Below are positions 63,101 through 64,000 of a stretch of 64,000 bases of DNA, in pieces. Under the pieces are notes generated by a model, which saw nothing but the letters and a program-made list of their open reading frames with translations, was not told the DNA's origin and made no database searches. A program made the position numbers and the translations under genes. Numbering within the stretch: the stretch's first letter is position 1; each line of letters begins with the position of its first letter. Source of the DNA: Eledone cirrhosa. Taxonomy: Eukaryota. The stretch lies in the NCBI GenBank assembly GCA_964016885.1, contig OZ024744.1, forward strand, positions 25,668,001 to 25,732,000. Direction: 5' to 3'.

Positions 63101-64000
63101 GTTGTTAGTGGTTGTTAATGGTTGTTAGTGGTTGTTAGTATTTGTTAGTGGTTGTTAGTGGTTGTTAATGGTTGTTATTGGTTGTTAGTAGTTGTTAGTT
63201 GTTGTTAGTTGTTGTTAGTCGTTGTTAGTGGTTGTTAGTGGTTGTTAGTAGTTGTTAGTGGTTGTTATTGGTTGTTAGTGGTTCTTAGTGTTTGTTAGTC
63301 GTTGTTAGCGCTTGTTAGCGATTGTTAGTGTTGTTAGTGGTTGTTAGGGGTTGTTAGTAGTTGTTAGTAGTTGTTAGAGGTTGTTAGTGGTTGTTAGTGG
63401 TTGTTAGTGGTTGTTAGTTGTTGTTAGTGGTTGTTAGTAGTTGTTATTGGTCGTTACTGGTTGCTAATGATTATTAGTAGTTGTTAGTGGTTGTTAGTGG
63501 TTGGTAGTGGTTGTTAGTGGTTGTTAGTGGTTGTTAGTGGTTGTTAGTGGTTGTTAGTGGTTGTTAGTGGTTGTTAGTAGTTGTTAGTGGTTGTTAGTGG
63601 TTGTTACTGATTGTCAGTGGTTGTTAGTGGTTGTTAGTAATTGTTATTGGTCGTTAGTGGTTGTTAATGTTTGTTAGTAGTTGTTACTGGTTGTTCGTGG
63701 TTGTTAGTGGTTGTTAGTGGTTGTTAGTGGTTGTTAGTGGTTGTTAGCAGTTGTTATTGGTTTTTAGTATTGTTAGTGGTTGTTAGTGGTTGTTAGTGGT
63801 TGTTAGTAGTTGTTAGAACTTGTTAGTGGTTGTTAATGGTTGTTAATGGTTGTTAGTGGTTGTTAGTGGTTGTTAGTAGTTGTTAGTGGTTGTTAGTTGT
63901 TGTTTGTGGTTGTTAGTGGTTGTTAGTGACGATTAGTGTTGTTAGTGATTGTTAGTGGTTGTTAGTGGTTGTTAGTGGTTGTTAGTGGTTGTTAGTGGTT

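Larger units (their letters stand above)
1..64000. repeat. Tandem satellite array of 10-bp monomer (TTAGTGGTTG)n, about 6,400 monomers, one orientation, open at both ends
   Basis: The 10-bp period is visible in every line. Common variants are TTAGTAGTTG, TTAATGGTTG, TTATTGGTTG, TTAGTGTTTG, TTAGTGATTG, TTAGTGGATG and the 9-mer TTAGTGTTG. No C-rich (inverted) segment or unrelated sequence was seen. Confidence 0.99.
52830..64000 (+). repeat. Duplication at 7391/7551-bp offset (~52830-56450 vs ~60220-64000, running off the window)
   Basis: GAACG 53102/60493 and AGGATG 53491/60882 give 7391. AGCAATT (C position) 55068/62619 and GACGATT 56377/63928 give 7551. Confidence 0.9.

Noticed and set aside
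1-64000. Repetitive protein-coding ORF (Val/Leu/Gly-rich on +, Thr/Asn/Gln-rich mucin-like on -)
   Set aside because: The period of 10 is not a multiple of 3, so TAG (+) and TAA (-) fall in every frame about every 30 nt. Frequent 1-2 bp deletions show no frame conservation.
1-64000. CRISPR array or other repeat-spacer system
   Set aside because: There are no unique spacers. Units are contiguous 10-mers, far shorter than CRISPR repeats, and no cas genes are present.
1-64000. Active telomerase-synthesised tract
   Set aside because: The variant load is high, and variants are inherited in kb-scale duplicated blocks. A telomere-derived origin remains open.
1-64000. Stable G-quadruplex or hairpin-forming region
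   Set aside because: The consensus has only one GG per 10 bp with 8-nt loops. The near absence of C and scarcity of A on the + strand leave little self-complementarity, and no inverted block was seen.
1-64000. RIP or methyl-C deamination signature behind the frequent G-to-A variants
   Set aside because: The commonest variant (TTAGTAGTTG) is at a TpG, but the other TpG in the monomer is mutated much less often, and G-to-T variants are also common. Amplification of old variants explains this equally well. I could not do the counts needed to decide.
1-64000. Whole window as a sequencing or low-complexity artefact
   Set aside because: Rare variants recur in conserved order across duplicates with graded divergence, which random basecalling noise would not produce. 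Individual near-perfect duplications still need read validation.
1-64000. Embedded transposon, tRNA/rRNA gene or promoter
   Set aside because: No stretch departs from the monomer by more than a few bases. The largest insertion seen is 4 bp.

Overview
The whole 64-kb window is one uninterrupted, single-orientation satellite array of a 10-bp monomer, consensus TTAGTGGTTG (reverse complement CAACCACTAA). It runs off both ends of the window. The + strand consensus is T5G4A1C0. I found no CDS, RNA gene, transposon, CRISPR array or unique spacer. TAG (+) and TAA (-) recur every 10 bp and so close every reading frame about every 30 nt. The information lies in the variant monomers, which I used by eye as markers. 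They show a nested series of head-to-tail duplications with offsets of about 60, 130, 188, 190, 220, 479, 699, 1038, 1440, 1490, 2793, 3000, 3650, 4500, 7400-7800 and 10,645 bp. There is no fixed higher-order period, and part of the order of events can be reconstructed. The array is telomere-like (GT-rich, TTAG-containing), but its variants are inherited in blocks, which points to maintenance by recombination rather than telomerase. The organism and the chromosomal role (telomeric, centromeric or interstitial) cannot be determined from this window. Offsets were read by hand at marker positions, not from full alignments, and block ends are approximate.
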